A stretch of DNA of 24,602 nt from Verrucomicrobiota bacterium (GCA_038209745.1 JBBQXJ010000072.1:1-24602), one strand, 5' to 3'. Numbered from the stretch's first letter, positions 15,212-24,357 are shown. Numbers and translations: made by a program. Notes: generated by a model from the sequence alone, not told the origin.

Positions 15212-16193
15212 GTGTTCCGGCTTTACCGCCTCCCTTCCCGATCCGCACCGAATAGAGTCCCGGGCAGCAGTGATACATGGCGTGGAAGGCGTGGCTGAAG
15301 TGGCTGATGCTGGAGTAGCCGACCTCCATGGCCGCTTCGGTCACGTTGAACTTGCCGGAAAGCAGCAGTTCGGCGGCCTTCTCCAGGCGGAGCTGCCGCT
15401 GGTATTGGGACAGGGTCATGCCCATTTCCTTGGTGAAGGTCCGGCTGAGGTAGAACGGGCTGCACCCGACGCGCTTGCCGGTCTCCTCCAATGACAGCGG
15501 TTCGGTCAGATGCTCTTTGAGCAAGGCGACCACCTTGGACACCCGCTCTTGGGCGAGTCGTTTCTGGCGGTCGCAGAAGAACTCCTCGTCCTTGGGTGCG
15601 TGGAAGAAAAGCAGGGCGGCCACTTCGAGCGCTTTGCTGTGATACCAGAGCTTCTGGGCGGTGGCGGCGACGGGCGGATGGCGCAAGCTGCCGATGAGCT
15701 GCTGGGCTTCGGCCGTCAGGCGGCCGATGCCGGAGACGCCCGAGTCCATGTGGCCTTGGATCGCGCCTTCAACGATCGGATCGAGGCCCCGGGCGTGGTC
15801 CTTGAGATGGACGCGAAGAAAGTCGGGGTGGAATTCGATCGTGATGAAGCGGTGGGATTCGGTCCCGAAGCGCCGGGCGGTGAGGCCGGGTTCGCCATGA
15901 CGGTAGAAGCCGGTGGTCAACGATTCGAATTGGGCGATGTCCCCGTTGAAGGCCACCTCGCCGCGGCCAGAGAGATTGAAGCAGGCTTCAACGCTGCCCG
16001 GATGGAAGCTTCGGCACCAATCGAGGTCTTTCGGGGTTTCGAAGTCGTGCCATTCGAAGCTGAAGCCGAGATCGCCGAAGCTGCCGTGGAGTTGCTTCCA
16101 GCCCGCACCGACCGCCCGCCAAGCTTCGGCTTCCCGGAAGGAGTCGTCCTCCGCGGACACGGCTGTGGTGGAGATAATTCGAGGGGCGCGCAT
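15192..16193 (-). CDS. AraC-family transcriptional regulator (PchR-like), 333 aa
   Basis: C-terminal double HTH PLSLEETGKRVGCSPFYLSRTF...LRLEKAAELL...NVTEAAMEVGYSSISHFSHAF...CCPG, with the PchR-like linker KLWYHSKALE. Start placed at ATG 16193, downstream of the rluD stop. Confidence 0.92.
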   Translation of the reverse strand: MRAPRIISTTAVSAEDDSFREAEAWRAVGAGWKQLHGSFGDLGFSFEWHDFETPKDLDWCRSFHPGSVEACFNLSGRGEVAFNGDIAQFESLTTGFYRHGEPGLTARRFGTESHRFITIEFHPDFLRVHLKDHARGLDPIVEGAIQGHMDSGVSGIGRLTAEAQQLIGSLRHPPVAATAQKLWYHSKALEVAALLFFHAPKDEEFFCDRQKRLAQERVSKVVALLKEHLTEPLSLEETGKRVGCSPFYLSRTFTKEMGMTLSQYQRQLRLEKAAELLLSGKFNVTEAAMEVGYSSISHFSHAFHAMYHCCPGLYSVRIGKGGGKAGTPPPGSR

Positions 16194-16204
16194 CGGCGGC
16201 GTCC

Positions 16205-16232
16205 ATTGAAACGCAGTTCCGACAAAGGGCAA
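16205..16232 (-). promoter_or_regulatory. Candidate sigma70 promoter for the AraC gene
   Basis: Minus strand TTGCCC-N16-TTCAAT, ending 11 nt before the ATG. Confidence 0.35.
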
Positions 16233-16261
16233 GCCGTGCCCGGGAGGATTGCGCCGAAGGC

Positions 16262-17212
16262 TTAGCTTGCGGGCCCGCGCAGTTTGGCCAAGGCCCGCTG
16301 GAAGTCGTCCGGCACCGGGGCGGTGCAGGTGACGGATTCGCCGGTTCCTGGGTGCGCAAAGGTGATCCGCCAAGCGTGCAGCATCTGGCGGGGGAATCGG
16401 GTGCCGGTGTCGTCTTCCAGGCGTTTGTTCGGGCGAACGGAGTAGGTGGAATCGCCGACCACGGGATAGCCGACATGCTGGAAATGGACGCGGATCTGGT
16501 GGGTCCGGCCGGTGTGGAGCGTGGCTTCCACATGGGTGGCGCCACGAAGGCGTTCGAGCACCCGGAAGGCGGTCCAAGAGGGGCGTCCATCGCCCGGCGA
16601 AACGGCCATGCGTTTTCGGTGGGTCGGGTGGCGGGCGAGATCGGCCTGGATGTCTCCGGTGTCGTTCTTCATCACGCCACAGACAAGCACCTGGTAGAGC
16701 TTGCTCATGGAGCGTTCGGCGAACTGTTTGGCCAGGGCGTTGTGCGTCTCGTCGTTCTTCGCCACGAGGAGGCAGCCGCTCGTTTCCTTGTCGAGCCGGT
16801 GGACGATGCCGGGGCGGGCCACGCCACCGATGCCGCTGAGCTGGCCGCGGCAATGGTGGAGGAGGGCGTTGACCAGGGTGTGTTCGTCGTGGCCGAGGGA
16901 CGGATGGACGACGATGCCCGGGGGCTTGTTGACCACCAACAGGTCGGCATCCTCGTGGAGGACGGACAGCGGGATGTCCTCGGGCTTCGCTTCCGCCGTC
17001 GTGGGTTCCGGAAAAAACACGCTTACCACTTGGCCGGCCTGTGGACGGTGGTTGGGCTTGACCGATTTGCCGTCGACAGTGATGTGGCCTTGCTCAAGCA
17101 GACGCTGGATCACTCCGCGCGAAACAGCCGGGTAGCGGTCTTTTAAGTAGGTGTCGAACCGGAGCTGGGGCTGCGAATGTTCGACGCTGAAGGTTTCCAA
17201 ACGGTCCGTCAT
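16262..17212 (-). CDS. rluD: RluA-family 23S rRNA pseudouridine synthase with N-terminal S4 domain (RluD), 316 aa
   Basis: S4-like RFDTYL...SRGVIQRLLEQGHITVDG, VVNKPPGIVVHP, RPGIVHRLDKETSG (catalytic Asp), TGRTHQIRVH and RQMLHA motifs. Confidence 0.93.
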   Translation of the reverse strand: MTDRLETFSVEHSQPQLRFDTYLKDRYPAVSRGVIQRLLEQGHITVDGKSVKPNHRPQAGQVVSVFFPEPTTAEAKPEDIPLSVLHEDADLLVVNKPPGIVVHPSLGHDEHTLVNALLHHCRGQLSGIGGVARPGIVHRLDKETSGCLLVAKNDETHNALAKQFAERSMSKLYQVLVCGVMKNDTGDIQADLARHPTHRKRMAVSPGDGRPSWTAFRVLERLRGATHVEATLHTGRTHQIRVHFQHVGYPVVGDSTYSVRPNKRLEDDTGTRFPRQMLHAWRITFAHPGTGESVTCTAPVPDDFQRALAKLRGPAS

Positions 17213-17256
17213 GGGATCAGAGAGGGGAATCCCCGGCCAGCGAAGCCCGCTTGAAA

Positions 17257-17284
17257 AGCGTGGCCGTGGACAGGGGTCTTGCAA
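17257..17284 (-). promoter_or_regulatory. Candidate sigma70 promoter for rluD
   Basis: Minus strand TTGCAA-N16-CACGCT directly after the rpsT terminator. The -10 resembles the TACGCT of rpsT. Confidence 0.4.
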
Positions 17285-17289
17285 CACTG

Positions 17290-17319
17290 AAAAAGCCGGA
17301 AGCGCGGCGCGCTTCCGGC
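17290..17319 (-). terminator. Intrinsic terminator after rpsT
   Basis: Stem GCCGGAAGCGC / GCGCTTCCGGC. A5 at 17290-17294 gives the U-tract on the minus strand. Confidence 0.85.
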
Positions 17320-17344
17320 GTGGCGAAACATCTTGGAGCGGGCG

Positions 17345-17620
17345 TCAGGCTGCGGGCGCAGCGATCTTGGTCAGGCGCACCGCGTGGCGGGACTTCTTAC
17401 GATCGACGGTTCCTCGCTTGAGAACGCCGGTTTTGACGGCTTTGTCGAGGACGGAGGTCAGGGCGCGGAAGGCTGAGCCCGCCGCGTCCTTGGAGCCCGC
17501 TCTGGACAGGTCCAGATACTTTTTCTCGAGGGTGGTGACACGGGATTTGACGGCGCTGTTACGAGCCTGTTTCCGCGCGTTGCTGCGCACCCTACGTTCT
17601 GCTGACTTGGTGTTCGGCAT
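17345..17620 (-). CDS. rpsT: 30S ribosomal protein S20
   Basis: MPNTKSAERRVRSNARKQARNSAVKSRVTT...LDKAVKTGVLKRGTVDRKKSR is the bS20 signature. Confidence 0.97.
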   Translation of the reverse strand: MPNTKSAERRVRSNARKQARNSAVKSRVTTLEKKYLDLSRAGSKDAAGSAFRALTSVLDKAVKTGVLKRGTVDRKKSRHAVRLTKIAAPAA

Positions 17621-17649
17621 GTTCTGTTCAGTTCAAAAATGAGGCGCGG

Positions 17650-17677
17650 AGCGTATCTGACGGGCACTTCTTGTCAA
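17650..17677 (-). promoter_or_regulatory. sigma70 promoter of rpsT
   Basis: Minus strand TTGACA-N16-TACGCT followed by a GC-rich discriminator CCGCGCC. Confidence 0.7.
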
Positions 17678-17769
17678 CGGCCCACTCAGAAGGAATTCGA
17701 AACCAACCCGAAAGGACGTTTAACTTGGGCAATTGAGTCCGTTTGGACGGTGGTTCTTTGTTGACCGCT

Positions 17770-19698
17770 TTATTCGGCTTCTCCTCCCTCGAGGAAGCCC
17801 TGGAGCTGCCGGAGGCGGGTGGGGTGCCGCATTTTGCGAAGGGCCTTGGCCTCGATTTGGCGGATGCGTTCGCGGGTGACCTTGAACTGCTTGCCGACCT
17901 CTTCGAGCGTGCGGCTATAGCCGTCACCGAGCCCGAAGCGGAGTTCGAGCACTTTTCGCTCACGTTCGGTGAGGCTGGTCAGCACGTCCTGCAGCTTGTC
18001 CTTGAGCAGGCTGTAGCTGGTCATTTCGGACGGGTTTTCCGCCGACTTGTCCTCGATGAAATCGCCGAAGTTGGTGTCTTCGGAGTCGCCGACCGGGCTC
18101 TGCAGGGAGATCGGCTGCTGAGCCATTTTGAGGACGGCCCGGACGCGATCCACCGGCATCTGCATCTCGTCCGCGATCTCCTCCGGGGAAGGTTCGCGGC
18201 CAAAGTCCTGGATCAACTGCTTCTGCACGCGCATCAGCTTGTTGATCGTCTCGATCATGTGAACCGGGATACGGATCGTGCGGGCCTGGTCGGCGATCGA
18301 GCGGGTGATGGCCTGGCGGATCCACCACGTGGCGTAGGTGGAGAACTTGTAGCCGCGCCGATACTCGAACTTCTCGACCGCCTTCATCAGCCCCATGTTC
18401 CCCTCTTGGATCAGGTCCAGGAACGACAGGCCGCGGTTCGTGTATTTCTTCGCGATGGAGATGACGAGCCGAAGGTTGGCCTCGACCATCTCTGTCTTGG
18501 CCTGGAGGGCTTTCTTGGAAAAGTGCTGGAGCTGCTTGTAGGCGGCGATGTAGGCCGAGCTGGACATGCGGACGAAGTCCTCCAGCGCCTTCACCTTCCG
18601 CTCTTCGCCCTGGACAATGGCCTGGGCCTGGGCGTGTTTTTTCTGGGGCTCGAGTTCCAGGATCGTCTCGAGACTGGCTTTGATCTTGTCGTGGATGTTG
18701 TCCGCGACGAGGGCCATTTCCTCGATCACTTTCTGCTTGTAGAAAAACTTCGGGTAACTCTTTTGGAGCTTCTCGTCGAGCTTGCGGAATTCTTCCTGCA
18801 GTTTCTCCGTCTTGGTCTTGCTGGCGGATCCTTGGAGGTCCGCATATTTGTCGTCGACCGTGGTGTCGATCTCGCGCACCTGCTTGACCAGCTTGCGCAG
18901 AACCTTGAGGTGGTTCTCGCGACCTTCGATCTTCTTGTCGACGATCACCCGGTCGAAACGTTCCTTGGGTGGTTCGGAGATCAGCTTCTCGGCCAGAGCG
19001 ATGTGCTCCTTACCCGAGAATCCGAAACCGTAGATGATCCGCTTGACCTCGTTCTCCGCGTCTTCGATCCGCTTTGAAATCTCGACTTCCTGTTCGCGGG
19101 TCAGCAGTGGGACTTGGCCCATCTGTTTGAGATACATCCGGACCGGGTCGTCGAGAATGTCGAGACGGCTCTTGTCCTCGGGCTCTTCTTCCGGTTCCGG
19201 CTGCTTGACGCGGTCGACTTCGGCTTGTTCGACGATCTCGACTTCAAGATTGCGGAGACGGGAGCAGATTTCATCGATCTCTTCGGGAGTGACGATGTTG
19301 GCCGGGAGCGCGTCGTTGACGTCGTCCCAGGTCAAGTAGCCCTGCTCCTGGGCCAAACGAAGCAGTTCCTTGATCTTTTCGGTGAGATCCGCTCCGGATT
19401 GGGTTTTCAGATCGGCGATCGCGTCGACCGACTTGGTCAGGGTTTCTGCGTCCTGAGGGGCCGACGGAGCCGTCGCTAGAATGGCCGCCCGGGGGATGGT
19501 GGCGGAACCTTTGGCCGATTTCCGGGCGGGCTTTCCCTCTGGTTTTCCGGGAGGCTTTTCGGGAGCCTTTTCCGGCAACACGGGCTCGCGCGGCTGCTTG
19601 GAGGGTTTGGTGGTTGCCGCAGGCTTGGGGGAAGGAGGGATTACCTTCTTCGGTTCTGGTTTGGCGGCTGCCTTATTTTTGCTCTTCAATTTGACCAT
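17770..19698 (-). CDS. rpoD: Primary RNA polymerase sigma factor (group 1), 642 aa
   Basis: Region 1.1 ([17 protein letters not shown]), 1.2 ([22 protein letters not shown]), region 2 ([75 protein letters not shown]) and region 4 ([26 protein letters not shown]). Start placed at ATG 19698. Confidence 0.97.
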   Translation of the reverse strand: MVKLKSKNKAAAKPEPKKVIPPSPKPAATTKPSKQPREPVLPEKAPEKPPGKPEGKPARKSAKGSATIPRAAILATAPSAPQDAETLTKSVDAIADLKTQSGADLTEKIKELLRLAQEQGYLTWDDVNDALPANIVTPEEIDEICSRLRNLEVEIVEQAEVDRVKQPEPEEEPEDKSRLDILDDPVRMYLKQMGQVPLLTREQEVEISKRIEDAENEVKRIIYGFGFSGKEHIALAEKLISEPPKERFDRVIVDKKIEGRENHLKVLRKLVKQVREIDTTVDDKYADLQGSASKTKTEKLQEEFRKLDEKLQKSYPKFFYKQKVIEEMALVADNIHDKIKASLETILELEPQKKHAQAQAIVQGEERKVKALEDFVRMSSSAYIAAYKQLQHFSKKALQAKTEMVEANLRLVISIAKKYTNRGLSFLDLIQEGNMGLMKAVEKFEYRRGYKFSTYATWWIRQAITRSIADQARTIRIPVHMIETINKLMRVQKQLIQDFGREPSPEEIADEMQMPVDRVRAVLKMAQQPISLQSPVGDSEDTNFGDFIEDKSAENPSEMTSYSLLKDKLQDVLTSLTERERKVLELRFGLGDGYSRTLEEVGKQFKVTRERIRQIEAKALRKMRHPTRLRQLQGFLEGGEAE

Positions 19699-19904
19699 AA
19701 ACGGGATTGGGCAAGGGACTTCCCCTGCCCAGTCAAGGGGCTGCCGAATATCAGGGTGCGACCTGCACGCGTCAAGCAGGGGTTCGGAATCCAGGAGGAA
19801 AATTTCCCGATACTGCGACCGATAGAGGGGGCAAGCATGTTGGTCGCACTGGTGGCTTGTCACTCTGCCCGGCCCGCGCCGAGACTCCCCCGAAAGTCCA
19901 CGCC

Positions 19905-20867
19905 ATGAGCATCCAGTCCCCAAAACGAATCATTGTCACGGGCGGCGCCGGTTTCATCGGTTCCCATCTGGTCGAACGCCTATTGCATGACGGAGCTGCG
20001 GTGACGGTGATCGACGACTGCTCCACGGGCTCTTGGGAGAATCTCGCCAAGGTGCGGAACGAATCGCGGTTGACCGCCATCGAAGCGAAAGTCTCCGCTT
20101 GCCCCGACCTTCCCGCGCTGATGAAGGAAGCGTCCGGCGTCTATCATCTGGCGGCGACCGTCGGAGTGGACCTTGTCATGAAATCCGGATTGGAGACGAT
20201 CCGGAACAACCTGCTCGAAACACCCTGTCTGCTCGATGCGGCTTGTCAGTATCGAGTGCCTCTCCTGTTGGCTTCGACTTCCGAGGTTTACGGGAAAAGT
20301 GCCAAGGTCGAGTTTTCCGAGGAAGACGATCTCCTGATCGGTCCGCCGCATCTGCACCGCTGGAGCTACGCCTGCTCCAAGCTGATGGATGAATTCTTGG
20401 CGCTGGCCTACGGCAAAGAGCGGGCTCTGCCGGTGGTGATCGCCCGGCTTTTCAATACGGTGGGCCCTCGCCAAAGCGGTGAACACGGCATGGTGCTCCC
20501 GCGATTCGTCGCCGCCGCCAAAGCCGGAAAACCAGTCCGAGTCTTTGGCGATGGCTTCCAGACCCGGTGTTTCTGCCATGTGTCGGACGTGGTGGAATCG
20601 CTGGTGCGCCTGATGGACTGTCCTGCCGCCGTGGGTGAAGTGTTCAATGTCGGCAATCCCGAAGAGGTGACGATTTCAGAACTGGCCGATGCGGTCATAA
20701 GGCGCCTCGGTTCGGAATCCAAGATCGAGAAAATTCCATACTCCACCGCGTATCCGGCCGGGTTCGAGGACATGCTGCGGCGCAGGCCGGCTGTGGGGAA
20801 ATTGAGAGGCGCCATTGGGTTCGTGCCGGGGCGCGGATTGGCGGAAATCATTGAGGATCTGGTGTAA
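19905..20867 (+). CDS. NAD-dependent nucleotide-sugar epimerase/dehydratase (extended SDR), 320 aa
   Basis: [29 protein letters not shown] (YxxxK), [10 protein letters not shown] and [14 protein letters not shown] motifs. Confidence 0.95.
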   Translation: MSIQSPKRIIVTGGAGFIGSHLVERLLHDGAAVTVIDDCSTGSWENLAKVRNESRLTAIEAKVSACPDLPALMKEASGVYHLAATVGVDLVMKSGLETIRNNLLETPCLLDAACQYRVPLLLASTSEVYGKSAKVEFSEEDDLLIGPPHLHRWSYACSKLMDEFLALAYGKERALPVVIARLFNTVGPRQSGEHGMVLPRFVAAAKAGKPVRVFGDGFQTRCFCHVSDVVESLVRLMDCPAAVGEVFNVGNPEEVTISELADAVIRRLGSESKIEKIPYSTAYPAGFEDMLRRRPAVGKLRGAIGFVPGRGLAEIIEDLV

Positions 20868-20873
20868 AACAAG

Positions 20874-20898
20874 AAAAAGGGCGCCCGAAGGCGCCCTT
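20874..20898 (-). terminator. Intrinsic terminator of the prepilin-like gene (possibly bidirectional)
   Basis: Minus strand AAGGGCGCC-TTCG-GGCGCCCTTTTT has a C(UUCG)G tetraloop and a U-tract, between convergent genes. Confidence 0.9.
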
Positions 20899-20923
20899 AG
20901 ATGATTGGAAATACTGAGAAGGC

Positions 20924-21691
20924 TCAGTTGGGGAAGGCCATCCTGATGTTGGCGCCGCTGCTGTTGTGCGCGTTCTGCATGGCCTCACGGAGCTTGCCGC
21001 TGGTCAGCTGTTCCACGTGTCCGTCGGAGAAGCCGACGTTGCCGGCTTTGTCATGCAGACCGGTGGACCAACGGGCCTTGATCGCGGGGTAGGTATTGAC
21101 CGTCAGCGTAGCCGTTCCGGGAATGATTCCGGTCGTGATCGGCACGGTGCCGCTCAGCAGGAGGCCGCCCGTCGCGCCCATATCGGTATCGGTGGTTCCG
21201 TTGGCCGTCATGTTGCGGTCGCCGGTCACGAACAAGTTCGGATCGTCTTCCCGAGCTTCGACGCCATAGAAGTAGCTGGTCGACTTGTTCTGGTTCGCTG
21301 CGTTGCGGAAGCTGCTGGTGGTGTTGCCTTCGTTGAAATCCTGCGCGGTGGTCTTATCGCCGTCCGAAGGGCAGACCAAGATGCGGGGGCTGCTCAATTC
21401 GTTGCCAGCCATCTGATACCAAGACCAGGGAACAGAGTTGACTGCCGTTAAAGGCGCCGTGCCATAGTTGGAGACGGAGTGGGGATACTTGCCTTCGTAG
21501 TCGTTGGCATAGAGGCGGAAGGCGGTGCCGACCTGCTTCAGGCTGTTGACGCAGGAAATGCGCTGGGCGCGGGCCTTGGCTTTGGCGAGAGCAGGCAGAA
21601 GCATGCCGGCCAGAATCGCGATGATCGCGATCACAACGAGCAGCTCGATGAGCGTGAACGCCGAGTTCTTGGATGTGTGAATGTGTTTCAT
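20924..21691 (-). CDS. Prepilin-type N-terminal cleavage/methylation protein with C-terminal H-X9-DG motif, 255 aa
   Basis: [68 protein letters not shown] and [15 protein letters not shown]. Start ATG 21691. Confidence 0.95.
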   Translation of the reverse strand: MKHIHTSKNSAFTLIELLVVIAIIAILAGMLLPALAKAKARAQRISCVNSLKQVGTAFRLYANDYEGKYPHSVSNYGTAPLTAVNSVPWSWYQMAGNELSSPRILVCPSDGDKTTAQDFNEGNTTSSFRNAANQNKSTSYFYGVEAREDDPNLFVTGDRNMTANGTTDTDMGATGGLLLSGTVPITTGIIPGTATLTVNTYPAIKARWSTGLHDKAGNVGFSDGHVEQLTSGKLREAMQNAHNSSGANIRMAFPN

Positions 21692-21726
21692 ACAGACTAG
21701 TTGTTGGTTTGGGGAACGAGTTGCCG

Positions 21727-21754
21727 ACTGTAAGAAGCGAACTTTCAGTGTCAA
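21727..21754 (-). promoter_or_regulatory. sigma70 promoter of the prepilin-like gene
   Basis: Minus strand TTGACA-N16-TACAGT, 35 nt before the ATG, embedded in an inverted repeat at 21715-21760. Confidence 0.65.
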
Positions 21755-22249
21755 CTCGTTTTGCCTACCCTCCGATTTAGCAGGGTCGATGCCAGACTGC
21801 GTGGGTGTGGATTTCATGGAGAAATCGCCGTAACCCGGACCGAGGGAGGGTGGGGCATGCGTGGGATTCACGCATTATGCGCGAACAGCGCGCTTGATCG
21901 GTTCGTCGGTCGTGGGGCCTTCGAAAGTAGCGAATCTCCGTGGGGGTTCTGGCTTCGGGCGGGTGGCTCGGCCGTGGAGAGGGGGTGGGAAAAACCATTG
22001 CGGCAGTTCGTTCGGCTCGTGGTCAGTCCGTGTCGGTTTGGCGGGGCTCGAGTTTCTCGTTTGTTCAGACGGCTCTGCGACGATCTCGGGCATTCATTCC
22101 CTTCGGCGCCTTTCTGCGAACGCACGCGGCGACTCCGGGCGCAGTCATCTAGGCCAATCGGATCGGTCGGCTCGGGAGCATCGCCTGATCGTGTGATTCG
22201 AGAGACGTGGGGGAGCGACGGACGATCAAGAAAATCGGGCGGAAACTTC

Positions 22250-22277
22250 GTGACAAGCCGAGTTCCAAAAATATAGT
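22250..22277 (+). promoter_or_regulatory. sigma70 promoter of tRNA-Glu
   Basis: GTGACA-N16-TATAGT followed by GC-rich TCGCGGC, 15 nt before the mature tRNA. Confidence 0.6.
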
Positions 22278-22292
22278 TCGCGGCTCTCGGCG

Positions 22293-22367
22293 GACCCTAT
22301 GGTCTAGCGGTTAGGACACCTCCCTTTCACGGAGGTAGCCCGGGTTCGATTCCCGGTAGGGTCGCCA
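22293..22367 (+). tRNA. tRNA-Glu (anticodon UUC)
   Basis: Acceptor stem GACCCTA/TAGGGTC plus G-CCA, D arm GTCTAGCGGTTAGGAC, anticodon arm CCTCC-CTTTCAC-GGAGG and T arm CCGGG-TTCGATT-CCCGG. Confidence 0.98.
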
Positions 22368-22523
22368 CTTTTCGCTTCGTCTTGGTTCAGTTCCCACAAA
22401 TGCGCCTCTTCTCCCATCAGGTTTCGGCGAAGAATCGCGCAACCAAGCGAATCCATCCGAAAACCGAAGTCCGCGGAAAATGACCTGTTTCAAGGTCATC
22501 CTTTTCAGTTTCTTTGGGAGAGA

Positions 22524-22856
22524 ATGATTCGCGTGGGCGGCGAAGGGCATCGCTACAAATTCACCGCGTACGAGAACCAGAATATCGATGAGGCGAATTT
22601 CAAGTGCCTGTTCGCGATCAAGAAAGGGCAAATGGCTGGAACTGAGCCTGCCGCTCACGGAAGGGGTGGCCTCGTTCCGGGCGGGAGCGTTTTGAAGGAT
22701 GAATCCCCGCTGAACGCGGCCAAGGACATCAACATCCGCTTCCTTATCCCCGACCAACAGCAAAGGCCACTCCAGTTGGAAATCGTCGGGATCAAGGTGA
22801 CCGGGTCCGGGCCCAAATTGCAAAACGCCCCTGGGCATTGTCGAACGTTTCCTTGA
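22524..22856 (+). pseudogene. Decayed C-terminal part of a CIA30-family protein gene
   Basis: IRVGGEGHRYKFT resembles LRVRGDGRRYKF. KWLELSLPLTEGVASFR occurs in the +1 frame (~22630-22680), then VLKDESPLNAAKDINIRFLIPDQQQRPLQLEIVGIK resembles ...IGFLISDKQ.GPF.LEI..IK. The N-terminal half is not recognisable. Confidence 0.6.
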
Positions 22857-23050
22857 TCACCGCGTTCAGAGTCTTGGATTTTCCCGCTATTGTCTCTGCT
22901 TTCAACGTTCACCCCGCGATCAACGTTGGACAAAAGATAGACATTTTAGGCCTATGCGGCGCCAGCACCTCCTTGGAATGGTTCAAAAACCAATTTAACA
23001 GGGCTGAATATTGGAAAAAGTCTGACTCAGAAAATAGTTAACAAATATTA

Positions 23051-23087
23051 GTCAAAAATTTGACAGAGTGCGGCGGGTCTATAACTT
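23051..23087 (+). promoter_or_regulatory. Candidate sigma70 promoter with palindromic operator over the -35
   Basis: TTGACA(23060-23065)-N16-TAACTT(23082-23087) with AT-rich upstream DNA, and the palindrome GTCAAA-AA-TTTGAC at 23051-23064. Confidence 0.5.
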
Positions 23088-23983
23088 GCCTCCATTAATG
23101 GGCTTAAATACGGGAAGATTCAAAAAATAGGTACTGTGAAGTTTGTGATGTAGTTCGTTGGTTGGTCGGAAACCGCAGTGTTCGCTTCAAGTCAGAGATT
23201 TGATTTCTTAACATTCAGACTTCTGCCAGCGAATGGTGAAAAACCTTAAAAAAACTACGAGCCATACGGACGTCACGCGTGGTCATTTTTGCCTTGGCCT
23301 TTCCATTTATCGAAGTCGCACAGTCCCGCGAAAGTGACACCGACGCTGTCGGTGGCGGAACGGGTAGTTTAAAGATCCCTGTATCATCAGTTGTGTCAGC
23401 GGGTTTGGCTGGGACTTGGCAAGGATCGGGTCCGTCCAGCGTCTTCGGCACCCTTTGCGAAGCGTTTGCCAAGGCCGTGTGCCCCAGCGGTTAAATCATC
23501 AATTTAAAATCGTGAAGCGCTTTAGGTTATGATGCTAGATCCCGCGATTGCGGAAGACGGGTTGGTCGAAGGACCGCAGCACGAGTTCACGGTTGAAACC
23601 TCGCAGAGCGACCATTCCCGGGCCTGCCGATGGCAGATCAGTCTCACGTCAACCGACTAAGAGAATTGCCCGGGTTTGGACGCCAACGATTTCACGATGC
23701 ACCGCATAAAAAAGATGTTTCTGCTATCCTTCAATTGGAGCTGGCGGACTTTCGGTGTCCGAATTTATTCAACTTGAACTATAGGCCGTTTCAAATCCGG
23801 AGGAGGAGGGCAACAAGCGCTTCGACTCGAAAGTCTCTGACTAAAACTAGTAGTCTTTTCACTGCCAAGTTGAAAACTGGATTGGGTCTCGGTCGACGGC
23901 TTGACCAGGGTTCCAAAACGGGATCAAAGTAATGTCGGCTACCATCTTCCAACATCAGATAAACCCTTGATTACAAATTTCCC

Positions 23984-24181
23984 ATGTTTCACAAACTAGA
24001 TTATTACTTCCTGGTCGCCGCGTTCGCCAGCTTCGTGGCCAGTGTGGCGTTGTGGTTTCTCATCGACCACGAATACGGGGCCTATGTAGGTCTCTGGGTT
24101 CCGAGCATACTTTCCCTGTGGGTTGGCATCCGGGTGATCTTGCTCTCCCGCGGCGTTGCTACGACCCCTAAAAGAAAGTAA
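23984..24181 (+). CDS. Small membrane protein (65 aa, two hydrophobic segments)
   Basis: YYFLVAAFASFVASVALWFL-IDHEYG-AYVGLWVPSILSLWVGIRVILL with a basic tail. The VGLWVPSIL motif resembles a widespread small hypothetical family (from recollection, not searched). Confidence 0.7.
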   Translation: MFHKLDYYFLVAAFASFVASVALWFLIDHEYGAYVGLWVPSILSLWVGIRVILLSRGVATTPKRK

Positions 24182-24183
24182 TT

Positions 24184-24357
24184 ATGTTAAATTACATCTT
24201 TCCTATATTCTGTTTTGGCATGGTCATTAGCGGTATTGTTTTTCTTGGCCTGCGCGAAGCGGCTGATCGGCTAAGAGGAGGTGAGTCTGACCAGGGACAA
24301 AAGTCCGAATGGTCCGAACCAGAATCCAAGTCTGCGCCGGTCGCTCAAAAGCCATGA
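24184..24357 (+). CDS. Small single-pass membrane protein (57 aa; below the ORF-track cutoff)
   Basis: MLNYIFPIFCFGMVISGIVFLGLREAADRLRGGESDQGQKSEWSEPESKSAPVAQKP*, starting 2 nt after the upstream stop. Confidence 0.6.
   Translation: MLNYIFPIFCFGMVISGIVFLGLREAADRLRGGESDQGQKSEWSEPESKSAPVAQKP

Noticed and set aside
16194..16853. Extended 553-aa version of the AraC ORF overlapping rluD
   Set aside because: The extension is Arg/Pro-rich off-frame rluD sequence. A plausible ATG and promoter lie after the rluD stop.
21902..22176. Loose repeats GTTCG(T)TCGG(C)TCGTGG in the prepilin-tRNA intergenic region
   Set aside because: They are short, degenerate and irregularly spaced, with no CRISPR or riboswitch consensus (including c-di-GMP) recognisable.
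22844..22927. Three AACGTT hexamers
   Set aside because: The spacing is irregular and flanks are not conserved, so there is no support for a binding-site array.
23161..23579. Degenerate repeat GTTGGTCG..ACCGCAG at 23161 and 23561
   Set aside because: Only two imperfect copies 400 nt apart, so this is not a CRISPR array or tandem repeat, and chance cannot be excluded.
23380..23660. Faint resemblance to the PstS N-terminus (GLAGTWQGSG..., PAIAE-x5-GP)
   Set aside because: It needs a frameshift and read-through of stop codons and has few identities, which is too weak without an alignment.
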